Below the pieces are notes generated by a model. It saw only the letters and a list, made by a program, of their open reading frames with translations, searched no databases and had not been told where the DNA came from. A stretch of 64,000 bases of DNA, taken from positions 19,344,001-19,408,000 of the forward strand of contig NC_043018.1 of assembly GCF_006345805.1 (NCBI RefSeq), read 5' to 3'. The DNA comes from Octopus sinensis (Eukaryota). Below are positions 63,513 to 64,000 of the stretch, one piece after another (the first letter of the stretch is position 1; every line of letters starts with the position of its first letter). Position numbers and translations under genes: made by a program.

Positions 63513-63860
63513 TGAGTGATTGGTAAAAAGCTTGCTTCCCAACCAAATGGTTCCAGGCTCAGTCCCACTGCGTGGCACCTTGGGCAAGAGTCTTTTACTA
63601 TAGCCTAGGGCCAACCAAAGCTTGTGAGTGGATTTGGTAGACGGACACTGAAAGATGTCTGTCGTATATATGTATGTCTGTGTGTTTGTGTGTCTGTGTT
63701 TGTCCACCCCACCATCGCTTGACAACTGATGTTTGTGTATTTATGTCCCCGTAACTTAGTGGTACTAGGCTTACAAAGAACAAGTCCTGGGGTTGATTTG
63801 TTCGACTAAAGGCGGTGCTCCAGCATGGCCACAGTCAAATGAATGAAACTAGTAAAAGAA
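63513..63860 (+). mobile_element. SINE family A with internal deletion
   Basis: GGCTCAGTCCCACTGCGTGGCACCTTGGGCAAG..GGCGGTGCTCCAGCATGGCCACAG. Confidence 0.8.
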
Positions 63861-64000
63861 TAATCAATGGTCCTCCACTGGGGTCCATGTGGCCCTCCGG
63901 GGTTCACATGGCCTTTAGGGGTTTACATGGCCCTTGTGGGATCCACATAAGATTTTGACAATTCCTAATAATATTTAATTCTAAACATATAATAATAGGA

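Overview
Repeat-dense, AT-rich eukaryotic (animal) DNA. The SINE families, RTE tails and TA/CA microsatellite load look like a coleoid cephalopod (Octopus-like) intron or intergenic region; this assignment is an inference from pattern recognition. I found no convincing host protein-coding exon, and almost all listed ORFs are microsatellite read-throughs. Identifiable content: two R4/Dong-type RLE-LINE fragments next to (TAA)n; a 5'-truncated RTE LINE whose RT is interrupted by a PHD-type finger and whose 3' UTR is multimerised; other RTE fragments; a decayed mariner with TIRs; non-autonomous Helitrons; piggyBac-type (TTAA) MITEs; three tRNA-derived SINE families; and two unrelated-looking tandem arrays that both have a 69-bp monomer. 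The two most interesting signals are (1) several minimal type I hammerhead ribozyme motifs of the Penelope-like-element kind, two of them forming the arms of a ~200-bp fold-back palindrome at 44.9-45.1 kb, and (2) a 5-kb satellite whose monomer carries a 5' splice-site motif (GTGAGT) and a perfect branch-point motif fused to AG (TACTAACAG).
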